DNA of 64,000 bases, taken from a virus. The stretch covers positions 4,804 to 68,803 of IMG/VR virus record IMGVR_UViG_3300013233_000436. The stretch is one strand, 5' to 3'. Under the pieces are notes generated by a model, which was not told where the DNA came from, did not search any database, and was given only the letters and a program-made list of their open reading frames with translations. Positions 27,065 to 36,347 of this stretch are shown in pieces (position 1 is the first letter of the stretch; every line of letters begins with the position of its first letter). Position numbers and translations under genes: made by a program.

Positions 27065-27717
27065 TGAGCTTATACGGTGACAACCTGTTTGACAGTGCGG
27101 ATTTTTCCGCACCTGTTGAAGATGAAAAAGAAATGAGTGTCGATGAGCAGGTTCTTGATTCTGCCAGCGATGACTTTGGTGAAAAACAAGAACGTGCCGC
27201 TGGCATGGCTACCGCATTAACTTGGGTTGAAGATGAGGATTATTCTTTTGATGCCCTATCTGCCATTGTTGCCGGAATTGTCAATGACGATGATGACGAT
27301 GACGGCGAGACAACCGACGACGAAGAGGCTGAATACAACGGATTGATGGCTGCTACAGCCGAAGCCTTGGTGTCTCTTGGTGGCAAGCCTGCAAACGTGT
27401 CTGAATTCATCGACGATGAAAACGATGAGGCCGGTGAAAAGCTTGGTGAATACATCCAAGACAAAATCGACGGTGTGCCAAGCGACGATGCGACATTGGT
27501 CAGTCACTTTGCAGTTAAAAAAGACATTGTTTTTGATGCGGCTATCAAAACCATTCGTGATGGCAAGGTTGTTCTGAAAAAGAAGCGCCTCAAAAAGAAG
27601 CGAATGAGTCCAAAGCAGCGAATGGCTTTGAAAAAGGCGCAAAAAAAGGCAAATTCTTCTGCTGCCAAGCGCAAACGCGCCAAGTCAATGAAAATTCGCA
27701 AGAGTCGGGGAATGTAG
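27064..27717 (+). CDS. P1 gp21-like protein (acidic N-terminus, K/R-rich C-terminus; prohead-core-like)
   Basis: RMSPKQRMALKKAQKKANSSAAKRKRAKSMKIRK. Confidence 0.75.
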   Translation: MSLYGDNLFDSADFSAPVEDEKEMSVDEQVLDSASDDFGEKQERAAGMATALTWVEDEDYSFDALSAIVAGIVNDDDDDDGETTDDEEAEYNGLMAATAEALVSLGGKPANVSEFIDDENDEAGEKLGEYIQDKIDGVPSDDATLVSHFAVKKDIVFDAAIKTIRDGKVVLKKKRLKKKRMSPKQRMALKKAQKKANSSAAKRKRAKSMKIRKSRGM

Positions 27718-27720
27718 CTT

Positions 27721-28365
27721 GTGGCTGATACCTATCGCTGGAGTCCAGAAAATCCAAAAATAATCGGCAATCTGGACAAAAGCGTTAGCAATCACCTCAA
27801 GTGCTGGATACAGCAAGGCAGCACAACCGTGGTGGGCATTATTGGTGAGGGGGCTTCAAAGAGCCTTCAAGCTAATTGGGATAGCCCGTTTGAAGGGGAT
27901 TCTGCTGAATCATCATCTGCATCAAAAATAGTGGGGCTTGGTCAATCTTTAACGATTGATGCCGGTGGCACAATGACAACGATAACCGTTCTAAACTCAA
28001 AACAAGTTTGGAATGGCAATCAACCCACTACGCTTAATGTGCCGATGATGTTCTACGCCCTCCATGATCCATTAAGTGAGGTTGTAGAGCCTATAAAAGC
28101 ACTTGAGAGGATGATTTCGCCACAGCTTGAGGCGAGAAATCCAATTGGCGACACCGACAATTTAGTGCCGGGTCGAACCCCTGGAACCGTGGTTGTCACG
28201 ATAGGCCGCCACACCATGTATTCATCCTGCATTATTGAGGGTGTCGATTTTCCTTTAGATATGCCGGTGGACAGTAATGGTCATTGGTTATCTGCAAATG
28301 TGGATGTGCAAATCCAAACCCACGCAATGATTAACCAAAGTCAGGTTAACGGAATTTATAAATAA
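27721..28365 (+). CDS. pmgG: Tail tube initiator, PmgG-like
   Basis: ANWDSPFE, NSKQVWNG, ALERMISP, PGRTP...IGR; synteny. Confidence 0.65.
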   Translation: MADTYRWSPENPKIIGNLDKSVSNHLKCWIQQGSTTVVGIIGEGASKSLQANWDSPFEGDSAESSSASKIVGLGQSLTIDAGGTMTTITVLNSKQVWNGNQPTTLNVPMMFYALHDPLSEVVEPIKALERMISPQLEARNPIGDTDNLVPGRTPGTVVVTIGRHTMYSSCIIEGVDFPLDMPVDSNGHWLSANVDVQIQTHAMINQSQVNGIYK

Positions 28366-28376
28366 GAGGATTGGGT

Positions 28377-28877
28377 ATGAGTAGTTTAGTCCCAGGCGCA
28401 AAAGGAGATATCCCTGTTTTCAAACAGGCAATGACCCAACGCCTTGCTTTAGGTGAATCACTAAAGGGTAGTGATTTTGTTATGACGTTTGAAGGTGATG
28501 ATCAGATTTCGGTCTTGGTTGCAGCAGCTCAAATGCCAAGCGGAAACCGTGAATTGCTTGAAACAACTGGCCCTATGGGCGTGAAGTTGCGAGAGCAAGG
28601 CAATGAAGTGCGTTCCGGTGAAATGCCCGTGCAGTTCAATGAAGTTATCACCGGTCAAGTCAGTGAGTTTTTGAGAACACTGAATGAGGGCAAGAAAGAT
28701 ATAACCACTATCTTCAAGGCCATATCAGAAAGCAATAATGCGCCACCTACCTCTATTGGTCGTGAGTTTCTTGGTTGCTGGTTTGCTGTTGATCCCACCG
28801 ATTTCTCGAACGATGACAGTGCTTCTCCGATCAAAATAGCGGCTACAATGCACTTTCAGTGGTGGAGCTACATTTGA
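28377..28877 (+). CDS. bplB: Tail tube protein, BplB-like
   Basis: About 166 aa; AQMP..RE..E..GPMGVK; follows pmgG as in P1. Confidence 0.65.
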   Translation: MSSLVPGAKGDIPVFKQAMTQRLALGESLKGSDFVMTFEGDDQISVLVAAAQMPSGNRELLETTGPMGVKLREQGNEVRSGEMPVQFNEVITGQVSEFLRTLNEGKKDITTIFKAISESNNAPPTSIGREFLGCWFAVDPTDFSNDDSASPIKIAATMHFQWWSYI

Positions 28878-29431
28878 CACCTCTTGAGCTTATGGACAGC
28901 GTTAAAGCACAGTTTCAGGTGCTTTTCGTGGACAGTCCGGCACAGCTTGATGCACTGCTGACACTGACGTTAGCAGAATATCAATCACGCGCCGGTATTG
29001 TTGAGTCCTTTGAGGTCAGCGAGGATGAAAACGCCGCTGGCGGCGTGACTGTTCCCGCTGATTTCTTGGGTGTTGTTACCGCTACAGATAGCACCTCAAT
29101 GTGGCATGAGCATAGGCTGAAAAGCGGTGTTTTGTCGATCATAACTGACAACTACAGCAAAGCGCCGTTTGATGTTTTGTACCACGTTAATTTATCAAAA
29201 GTTGACCAAGAAACTTACGAGCTTCCATCTGGAGGCATTCAGTTATTGCACCGATACCTTAAAACACTGATTGAAATACCGAACAACATTAGAGCCAAAC
29301 ACGTCAACGATGCTGCTGGACTGCCAAGCGACTACCTTATGGGTGAAGCAGATCTTAGAGAGCAGCTAAAGGCCATTAGTGAGGAAATGAAGACAAACAA
29401 CAGCTTTATGCCCTCAATGATGGTGGTTTAA
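28874..29431 (+). CDS. pmgC: Head-tail adaptor, PmgC-like
   Basis: TTG start gives MTPLELMDSVKAQF..L; LAEYQSRAG, YLKTLIEIPN. Confidence 0.65.
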   Translation: MTPLELMDSVKAQFQVLFVDSPAQLDALLTLTLAEYQSRAGIVESFEVSEDENAAGGVTVPADFLGVVTATDSTSMWHEHRLKSGVLSIITDNYSKAPFDVLYHVNLSKVDQETYELPSGGIQLLHRYLKTLIEIPNNIRAKHVNDAAGLPSDYLMGEADLREQLKAISEEMKTNNSFMPSMMVV

Positions 29432-29434
29432 TAA

Positions 29435-30067
29435 GTGGCGGACAATACGGCCTACTTCAAACGCATTGTGCAGCGCATGATGCAGATTCAATACCAAGAA
29501 AATTGGCAATTCCTGATTAAAATTGATGGCTTTGTTGATGATCTTGATATGTTCGTTAAGGATATTTCTTTTGGTGCTGTTGAGATTGAGACAGAGCAAA
29601 AGAAAGTGGGTGGCGGCTACCTTACTTTTCCAACCGCTGCTGCACCTGTTCAGGTCTCAATGACCATGAAAGACGATCAGGATAGGAAGATTTACAACGC
29701 CTTCTTGGGGTGGTCTGGCAAGATAGTTAACGCCGATGGCACGATAAATCCCCCAATGCACCCGAAAACAGGCTACTTGAAAAAATGGACAAGGGTTCAG
29801 GTTTTACAAGAGCCTAACGGTCAATCTGGCGGGTATCAGCAAAGCGCCCTAAATTACTTTAAAAATCGCGCCTCTGCTGCTGCTGGTGTGAACGTAAACG
29901 ACATTTACCGAGAAACAAAAAACGGTACTTTGCGGTTCAGAGACACAGATTCTTGGTGGATGTATGTAACACAGGTGGGCGACATTACAGAAAGCAGAGA
30001 TGAAGCCGGTTTTATTGAATTCCCGATAACCCTCATTCAGTTTAGGAGTCTTGGACAAAGTGCCTAG
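29435..30067 (+). CDS. tub: Tail tube/baseplate junction protein, Tub-like
   Basis: WQF.I.IDG, MFVKDISFG, VNADGTINPP, GDITESRD; synteny pmgC-tub-pmgB-sit. Confidence 0.65.
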   Translation: MADNTAYFKRIVQRMMQIQYQENWQFLIKIDGFVDDLDMFVKDISFGAVEIETEQKKVGGGYLTFPTAAAPVQVSMTMKDDQDRKIYNAFLGWSGKIVNADGTINPPMHPKTGYLKKWTRVQVLQEPNGQSGGYQQSALNYFKNRASAAAGVNVNDIYRETKNGTLRFRDTDSWWMYVTQVGDITESRDEAGFIEFPITLIQFRSLGQSA

Positions 30068-30845
30068 TATTTCACCGTTTGAATTGCCATCGAATACCGA
30101 TATTAAAATCCACTTGCGTGATGCGACCGTCCAAGAGGCGATTGATCTATCTGAAATTTCGCCACTGCACGAAGAAGCGGCAACAACCGAGTTTTTAAAC
30201 AAGGTTCAGATTCCAGAACACTATAAAGACAGCTCAAAATGGACGGGGCAAGATCGAAAGTTCGCCCTATTTTGGTATCACCTGCACACCGTTGAAAAGT
30301 CGCGGTACTCAACGAGTTACAGTGATTGTCCAGAGTGTGGTGGCCGTCATTCCGTGTCGTTTGATTTGCGCGAATTGGCGAATGAGTACAAGCAGCTTGA
30401 AGGCAAGCCGTTTAGAGAAATTGATTTTCAAAATGAGCTTGTTTCGGTTGCTCCACCAAACGGCGAAGTGCTTACAAAACTTGAAGAATTGAGGCTTGAT
30501 CTTGATGGCGCAAGTGATGGCGAAAAAAGAAAGCTTGAGGCGGAAATTAGGTTTCTGTCTGTTGCGCTCTGCATTGACTTTATTGGCGACGCCGAGGGCG
30601 AGGAAGCCGACAGGGAAAGGCGGAAAATTCAGCGACTTAGGTCTCTTCCTCTCAATACATTCAAGGACTTGTCGCTTAAGGTGGCAATGGCTCAAATGAG
30701 CATGGATCATGGTCTGAAATCAGAGATTGTGGATGGTGAATTGCAGTTGATTCTACCCATGCAACACTGCCCAACAAACAAAGGGGGAGAGGGTATAGTC
30801 CTTCGTTCGCCCTTTCGGAATCACCACCACATTCCAAGGCTATAA
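30051..30845 (+). CDS. pmgB: Tail/baseplate assembly chaperone, PmgB-like
   Basis: WTGQDR..ALFWY, CPECG, MDHGL; immediately precedes tape measure gene. Confidence 0.7.
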   Translation: MDKVPSISPFELPSNTDIKIHLRDATVQEAIDLSEISPLHEEAATTEFLNKVQIPEHYKDSSKWTGQDRKFALFWYHLHTVEKSRYSTSYSDCPECGGRHSVSFDLRELANEYKQLEGKPFREIDFQNELVSVAPPNGEVLTKLEELRLDLDGASDGEKRKLEAEIRFLSVALCIDFIGDAEGEEADRERRKIQRLRSLPLNTFKDLSLKVAMAQMSMDHGLKSEIVDGELQLILPMQHCPTNKGGEGIVLRSPFRNHHHIPRL

Positions 30846-30964
30846 AAAGAAGGATTGGCGGATAATCATCAAATATCTTGCTGTTCGCGCCAATCAATCT
30901 ATTGATGGAATACTGCGATCCCCTGAAAAAATGGTGATCGACCTCTACCATGACGCGGTGAAAA

Positions 30965-33694
30965 ATGACAATTGAATCTAGGGGTGTTGATGGTGTTCGG
31001 CCTGACCGAGTGAGAGAGGTCTTGCCCGATAATTCATCGGAAAGCAGCCTTCTCGAAACAATCGCAGACAACACATCCGTTTTGCCTGAATTGGTCGCCA
31101 TTCTTTCACATCAAATGAGTGATATTCCTCGCAGCTCTGGACGGTCAAGATCGAGAGAAGTAACTCCGGCTGCACCTGAACAGCCAACGCCAAACAGGGA
31201 GACATTGAGGGGCGGTAGGCGCGGCCAAAATAGACAGGCTGATGATTCTACGTCTCCAAGCCCAAACGCCCCACCTGCGCCTGATTTAAGCCCAAGCAGT
31301 CCCGCACGGGTCGAGGGTCAAGGTGAGTCACCACAACCACAACCACAACCACGGAATGATGCGGACACCCAAGGCAATGTGCCACGTCGAGTTGGTCGGC
31401 CACGGAATAGTGACGGCAACAACGAAAGAGGCGGTGAAAGTCGAAGTGAACGCGCTCAACGTGAAGGCAGGGAAAATGCCAGAGAAGGCCGACTGCTTGG
31501 TGGGATAGCTTCACTTGCAACAGACCTTGCCCCAAGTGGCAGCGATGGCAACGTAAAAGACGCTGCTGGATCAGCTCTTCTAGGCCCCGTTTATTCTGCT
31601 GCCAAAGAAGCGATTGATGGCGCAAAAGAGTTAAGCGAAGGAGCCAAGAAGCTAAAGAGCAAGTTTTCGAGAAGTCGAACCGTTGAGGACGAAGCCCCAG
31701 AAAGCGGAAGGCGGAGGGTGGGGCGACCCCGAAACAGTGACAGGCCGACAAACGAGGATTCGCCATCGAGCGAGCCAACAGACGCGCAGCCTGAAAGCGT
31801 GGAGTCGATTGAGGATGAAGGTCGAACTGGAAGCCCTGAAATAGAGAATCATCCAGCCCCAGCCCCAGCCCCAGCCCCGGCTCCGGCTCCGGCTCCAGAT
31901 GTTGACTCCGGATCAAACTCAAACAACAACGAAAGCAGCGGTGAAAGCCAAAGCGAACGCGCAAGACAAGCCCAGCCTGCCACTCCAAGCGAGGGATCAG
32001 CCACAAGTCCAGTGGAAGACGCAGGTGGACAAAACAGCTCTGATAGAGGCGCACAGGAAGGCGAGCAAGCCCAAGGAAGGCCGCGCCGTGGTAGAGCGCG
32101 AAAAGCAGGCGGCAAAATCAGCGTCCGTTCGCGGCTTTGGGAGCGAACCAAGATCGCCCTACTGCAATCAATCTCAAAGAAAAGTGTTGAGATTGAAAAA
32201 ATCCAGACCGATGGAGTAAAGGACGGCGACAAAAAGCACAGGGAGATCATCGACGAGCTAAAGGGAATATCAAAATCAATAAGCAATTCCAAGCCCGGCA
32301 TGATGGACAGGCTAAGGGATATGTTTGGCCGTAGGCGGCGCGGTGGTCGTGGTCGCGGTGGAGCAAGGGGCGGCTTTGATTCTGGTGGCCGTGATCGGGA
32401 TCGGCGTGGGGATAGAAGGCCTAGCGGGTCTCCAGATATTCAAGGCGGCGGTGATCGTGATGCCAATCGTCGTGGCCCACCAAGACCGAACGGATCTCCT
32501 TCACCAAGGGGCGGAAGATTCTCCGCTGGCAAGCTGTTGGCAAAAGCGGCAATCCCCGTTGCTCTTGCGGTAGCGGCGTACTCAAAATACCAAGAAGTTA
32601 AAAATGATGACTCTCTAAACGACTCTCAAAAAGCCGTTAAGATTGGCTCCAACGTAGCGGGTACTGGCGCTGGGATGCTTGCTGGTGCGGCTACCGGTGC
32701 AGCTATTGGCAGCATTGTTCCCGTTGTTGGCACTGTCATCGGCGGGATCATCGGCGGCGCTATTGGCGGTTTCTTTGGTGGGAACATTGGCGATTGGTTT
32801 GGCGACAAGCTATCCATCTTGTTTGGTGATGAAGCTGGTGGTGCTGCTGCTGTTTGGCAGTCAATGAAAGACGGCGTTACCGGTATTTTTGGCAACAGCG
32901 AAGAGAAGAAAAAGGCGATAGCGGAGCGTGAAGAGCGTGAAAAACTAAAACGGGAAAAGAAAAAAGAGAAGGCGGCTAAGGCCAAGGAAGAGGCTGAAAA
33001 ACAAGCAAAAATAGCTGATAAGGCAAAAAAGACACGCGAAGATTTTAACGAAAAGCACAAAAAACAGAGTGTCGATTACTACAAATCAGACATTGAAAAA
33101 GCCGCCAAAGAGGCCGGTGTAGACCCTCAAGACCTTGAGTATTTGATGCAGCAAGGGAGTGGTGGTGATGGCATGAAATACAACACTGACACGGGGGCAA
33201 TGGGCTTAATGCAGGTTCCAGGATTGGAGTTTGCAAAATACGGAATAACCGACGCAACAAACAACCAGCAAAACATAGCTGCTGGTGCGAAGCGGTACAA
33301 AGCCATGCTCGAAAAGAACGGCGGGGATGCAAGTTTGGCAAAAGCCGCCTATTTGCGCGGCGACTCTTCTCTTGAGGCTCCGATTGCGCCATCATCAAAG
33401 CCGGTCAAGATTGATGTTTCTGATACGGCAAAATCTTTGCCCAAAGCCACTACGCAGGCCAGCGCCATGCACCCAAATTTAAGCAATACGTCAATCAAAG
33501 AGCCAAAGGCAAGAGTCAAGGCTGGTGGAGAATTGACCGCCGATGGTGTGAAAAAAGCAATAATTGACGGCATGACCGCTGCTGAAAAAATGAAGCCCAA
33601 GCCGAAAAAAGAGAAGGCCATAACCCCCGCGCCTGAGATTAAGACCGAGCCGCGCGATAAATTAACCCAACTAAAGCTCAATGATCTGGTATGA
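30965..33694 (+). CDS. sit: Tape measure protein with SLT-like domain (Sit-like)
   Basis: Disordered N-terminus, Gly-zipper TM GAAIGSIVPVVGTVIGGIIGG, GAMGLMQ and NIAAGAKR SLT motifs. Confidence 0.8.
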   Translation: MTIESRGVDGVRPDRVREVLPDNSSESSLLETIADNTSVLPELVAILSHQMSDIPRSSGRSRSREVTPAAPEQPTPNRETLRGGRRGQNRQADDSTSPSPNAPPAPDLSPSSPARVEGQGESPQPQPQPRNDADTQGNVPRRVGRPRNSDGNNERGGESRSERAQREGRENAREGRLLGGIASLATDLAPSGSDGNVKDAAGSALLGPVYSAAKEAIDGAKELSEGAKKLKSKFSRSRTVEDEAPESGRRRVGRPRNSDRPTNEDSPSSEPTDAQPESVESIEDEGRTGSPEIENHPAPAPAPAPAPAPAPDVDSGSNSNNNESSGESQSERARQAQPATPSEGSATSPVEDAGGQNSSDRGAQEGEQAQGRPRRGRARKAGGKISVRSRLWERTKIALLQSISKKSVEIEKIQTDGVKDGDKKHREIIDELKGISKSISNSKPGMMDRLRDMFGRRRRGGRGRGGARGGFDSGGRDRDRRGDRRPSGSPDIQGGGDRDANRRGPPRPNGSPSPRGGRFSAGKLLAKAAIPVALAVAAYSKYQEVKNDDSLNDSQKAVKIGSNVAGTGAGMLAGAATGAAIGSIVPVVGTVIGGIIGGAIGGFFGGNIGDWFGDKLSILFGDEAGGAAAVWQSMKDGVTGIFGNSEEKKKAIAEREEREKLKREKKKEKAAKAKEEAEKQAKIADKAKKTREDFNEKHKKQSVDYYKSDIEKAAKEAGVDPQDLEYLMQQGSGGDGMKYNTDTGAMGLMQVPGLEFAKYGITDATNNQQNIAAGAKRYKAMLEKNGGDASLAKAAYLRGDSSLEAPIAPSSKPVKIDVSDTAKSLPKATTQASAMHPNLSNTSIKEPKARVKAGGELTADGVKKAIIDGMTAAEKMKPKPKKEKAITPAPEIKTEPRDKLTQLKLNDLV
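31852..31897 (+). repeat. Hexamer tandem repeat (CCAGCC/CCGGCT) encoding (PA)7; shorter CCACAA x3 at 31331
   Basis: Direct reading of the sequence. Confidence 0.85.
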
Positions 33695-34035
33695 AAGAAT
33701 TAGACTATTTGCTCACCTCTGGCAACACGGGAATCATTGAGCTTGAAGGTGTTGATGCCGTCACAAACAACATACGGGAATGGCTGAACACCCCGATGGG
33801 AACCGTTGCGGACAGACCGGCATGGGGAAACAACCTTAAGCAATTCCAGTTTATCCCTCATTCCAGTGATTTAGAGGTCGCCATTGCCATGCACCTCTCT
33901 GTAAAATTACCCTCCGATGTTGTCGGTGCTGTAATATCCGCCGTTGATATTAAGTTTGACTCGATGGATCTCATGATGGTTACGGTCGTGGCCAATGGCG
34001 TACTAATTAAGGAGGCGATCAATGCAAAAGGCTGA
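33691..34035 (+). CDS. pmgA: Baseplate sheath initiator (gpW/gp25 family), PmgA-like
   Basis: EWLNTPMGTVADRPAWGNNL. Confidence 0.8.
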   Translation: MKELDYLLTSGNTGIIELEGVDAVTNNIREWLNTPMGTVADRPAWGNNLKQFQFIPHSSDLEVAIAMHLSVKLPSDVVGAVISAVDIKFDSMDLMMVTVVANGVLIKEAINAKG

Positions 34036-35407
34036 GTTTACAAAGGCGTTTAAGGATATTGTGTCCAGATACCCCGCACTGCAAGCGTTAAGCAATCAGC
34101 AGATCATTGAGGCCATAGCCTCGCATCATGGGTGGGCAATGGAGGCAATGGCACACAAGCAAGAGAGGGCGAAGCAGGATATGCTGCTGTCCACAGCCGT
34201 CAATCGTTCCAGTGTGTTGGCTCACGCCTCTGACCGACAATACATCCCCCGTAGGCCGATTTCTTCAACCGGCATCATTCGGATTGACAACAAATCAGCC
34301 GTTCAAATCGGCCTGCCAATAAGAAGCGTCTTTGTCAGTGATGATCAGGTTTATTATGCTCTGGACAACGCCGTTACAGTCGATGCAAACAGCTCAACCT
34401 TGACCCCTGTCTCACAACTGCAAAGAGAGATTATTCGATTCACTGTTTCAGCCGAAGACCCCTATCTTGAATTTGAATTGAGCGCAGATCAAAGCAAGAG
34501 GCTGGCAAAATACAGTGTTTATGTCGATGAAGGTCAAGGCGCTATTGCATGGAAATTATCACACCGCTTTAGAAATTCCAGTGCAGGTGATCGGGTTTAT
34601 GATGAATTTTACAGCAACATTGACCAGTTCGGCATTCGATTCGGTAATGGCAGTTTTGGCAAAATACCCACCATTGGATCAACCGTTTCAATCGAGGCGT
34701 TCTTTACTGACGGCGACACTTATCTAGCCCCAAGCAGTCAACTTTACCCTGTTTCTGACATTGAGCTTGCCGATGTTGAATTCTTCTCAGGCTCCGCCAT
34801 ATCCGGTGGGTCTGACCGCGAAGGCACAGAGGAAACACGCCGAAACGCGCTCTATTACTACCTTTTTGACGATCAAATCGCATGGAAAGAGGATTATGAG
34901 TTTGCCTTAAAGCAGGCATTCCCATCTATCACTTGGATCAAGACTTGGGGGGAGCAAGAGCAAGAGGTGCGAACCGGCGCAAGGACAGTGGATCAGATCA
35001 ATAAGATCTATTTTTCGGCCTATGATCCGTCTGGAACCGCAACCGATGCCGCCATACTATCAACGCTTCAAGGCTTAAAGATGGTTAACCGGCGCTTTGA
35101 GATTGTCCCGCGCGTCGATGCGGCGTTTATTATCAACATCACCGGAAAACTAAAGGTGGATGTTGCAACATACAAGGCCACAGCAGCCATCCAAGACAAG
35201 CTAACCTATTACTATGGTAAGGATTCGGTGAGTAGGCGCGATAAGTGCCTGCTGCAAGATGTTTATTCAATTCTGAATGGATTGGGTGTTTTCGCCCCCG
35301 CCACGTTATCAGTGACGATTGAGGGGAAAACAGAGGCAACAGACTTGCCGGAAATGGTGTTTTTGGATTTGACAACAACCATTAATAGGTTGGCATTGTC
35401 TTACTGA
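34022..35407 (+). CDS. bplA: Baseplate wedge protein, BplA-like (T4 gp6/gpJ family)
   Basis: LSTAVNRSSVLAHA, IRFGNGSFGKIP, GGSDREGTEETR, WGEQEQE. Confidence 0.85.
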   Translation: MQKAEFTKAFKDIVSRYPALQALSNQQIIEAIASHHGWAMEAMAHKQERAKQDMLLSTAVNRSSVLAHASDRQYIPRRPISSTGIIRIDNKSAVQIGLPIRSVFVSDDQVYYALDNAVTVDANSSTLTPVSQLQREIIRFTVSAEDPYLEFELSADQSKRLAKYSVYVDEGQGAIAWKLSHRFRNSSAGDRVYDEFYSNIDQFGIRFGNGSFGKIPTIGSTVSIEAFFTDGDTYLAPSSQLYPVSDIELADVEFFSGSAISGGSDREGTEETRRNALYYYLFDDQIAWKEDYEFALKQAFPSITWIKTWGEQEQEVRTGARTVDQINKIYFSAYDPSGTATDAAILSTLQGLKMVNRRFEIVPRVDAAFIINITGKLKVDVATYKATAAIQDKLTYYYGKDSVSRRDKCLLQDVYSILNGLGVFAPATLSVTIEGKTEATDLPEMVFLDLTTTINRLALSY

Positions 35408-35534
35408 TTTTAGGATAGAGCCTTATTTAATAACCTCACAAGGCTTTTACGCATGATGATCTACGCACTCCTTTTTGCTACCAAAAACAAGATCACGGCC
35501 TTTTAGGTTGAGGTCGATATTAAGCCCCCCTTGT

Positions 35535-35729
35535 TTATTTTGCTCTAATACTTGCCGATTCAATGGGCCAGCATGTGGCAGACCCATTTTTCTTATGGCA
35601 TGAAAATGACTTTGCCTCATATATTTCCCGCACTAAAACCTCGCCAAGAGCCTCTATCACAACACCCATCCTGAACGGACAATCTTTGCACGGCTTTTTT
35701 ACATGTGGCAAGCTCTGCTTATTTCGCAT
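35535..35729 (-). CDS. Small Cys-rich protein
   Basis: KPCKDCPFR...FSCHK motif. Confidence 0.55.
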   Translation of the reverse strand: MRNKQSLPHVKKPCKDCPFRMGVVIEALGEVLVREIYEAKSFSCHKKNGSATCWPIESASIRAK

Positions 35730-35732
35730 GAT

Positions 35733-35945
35733 TCACCTTTCCCAGATCATTGTTTTGCACTCTGGACAGGCGAGAATATCAACGCTTCCCAGTGAGCTGT
35801 GATCGTCTTTGGCAGGATCGTATTCCATGCACACCAAAGCCGTCATGCCATCTGTGGCGCTTACCTCAAGAAATGACCACTTTTCCTTATCAGCCCAATA
35901 ATTACATGATGGGCATCTTCGGTGATTTTCGTATAACTTAGTCAT
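35733..35945 (-). CDS. Small zinc-ribbon protein
   Basis: CPSC...CPEC; GGAGA SD. Confidence 0.6.
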   Translation of the reverse strand: MTKLYENHRRCPSCNYWADKEKWSFLEVSATDGMTALVCMEYDPAKDDHSSLGSVDILACPECKTMIWER

Positions 35946-36219
35946 TTATCTCTCCAATCTTAGGTGAAAAACAACGATATAACTCCAGCTCACGAACATT
36001 GAAGGTGGTTTTGCAATAAGTGCAAGTTACATCGGCGCACTCAAAGTCCGAGCCTGAATTTTTCAGCACTTGAGTTGATAGCTGCCGCTCATCGTCGTGA
36101 TTGCATCCGTCTGTATCACATTCCTGCAACAGATTTAATTGAATGCCGCAATCTGGATTAGGGCATTCAACAAGAATCTCAATATCTAGCACAGCCTTTA
36201 CCGTATCAACTTTACTCAT
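35938..36219 (-). CDS. Small zinc-ribbon protein
   Basis: CPNPDC...CTYC; GGAGA SD. Confidence 0.6.
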   Translation of the reverse strand: MSKVDTVKAVLDIEILVECPNPDCGIQLNLLQECDTDGCNHDDERQLSTQVLKNSGSDFECADVTCTYCKTTFNVRELELYRCFSPKIGEIND

Positions 36220-36295
36220 ATCACTCTCTCCAATATTAATAACAAATCAATCATACCAGACTTAAATGATTTTGTGGGCTTCACCCTGATCATTT

Positions 36296-36340
36296 TCAAA
36301 TAAAAATGTAATAGCCATCCATTGCCCTCACCTCCACCAT
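36296..36340 (+). promoter_or_regulatory. Putative late promoter 3
   Basis: TCAAATAAAAATGTAA - 23 nt - CACCAT. Confidence 0.75.
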
Positions 36341-36347
36341 TCGCCCC

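Noticed and set aside
30809-30865. Classical -1 frameshift at CCCTTTC
   Set aside because: The -1 frame hits TAA near 30863 and does not fill the gap to the tape measure gene
31248-32054. Long antisense ORFs (also 40140..40817, 42920..43636, 45671..46228)
   Set aside because: Shadow frames of well-supported plus-strand genes, with no motifs or RBS
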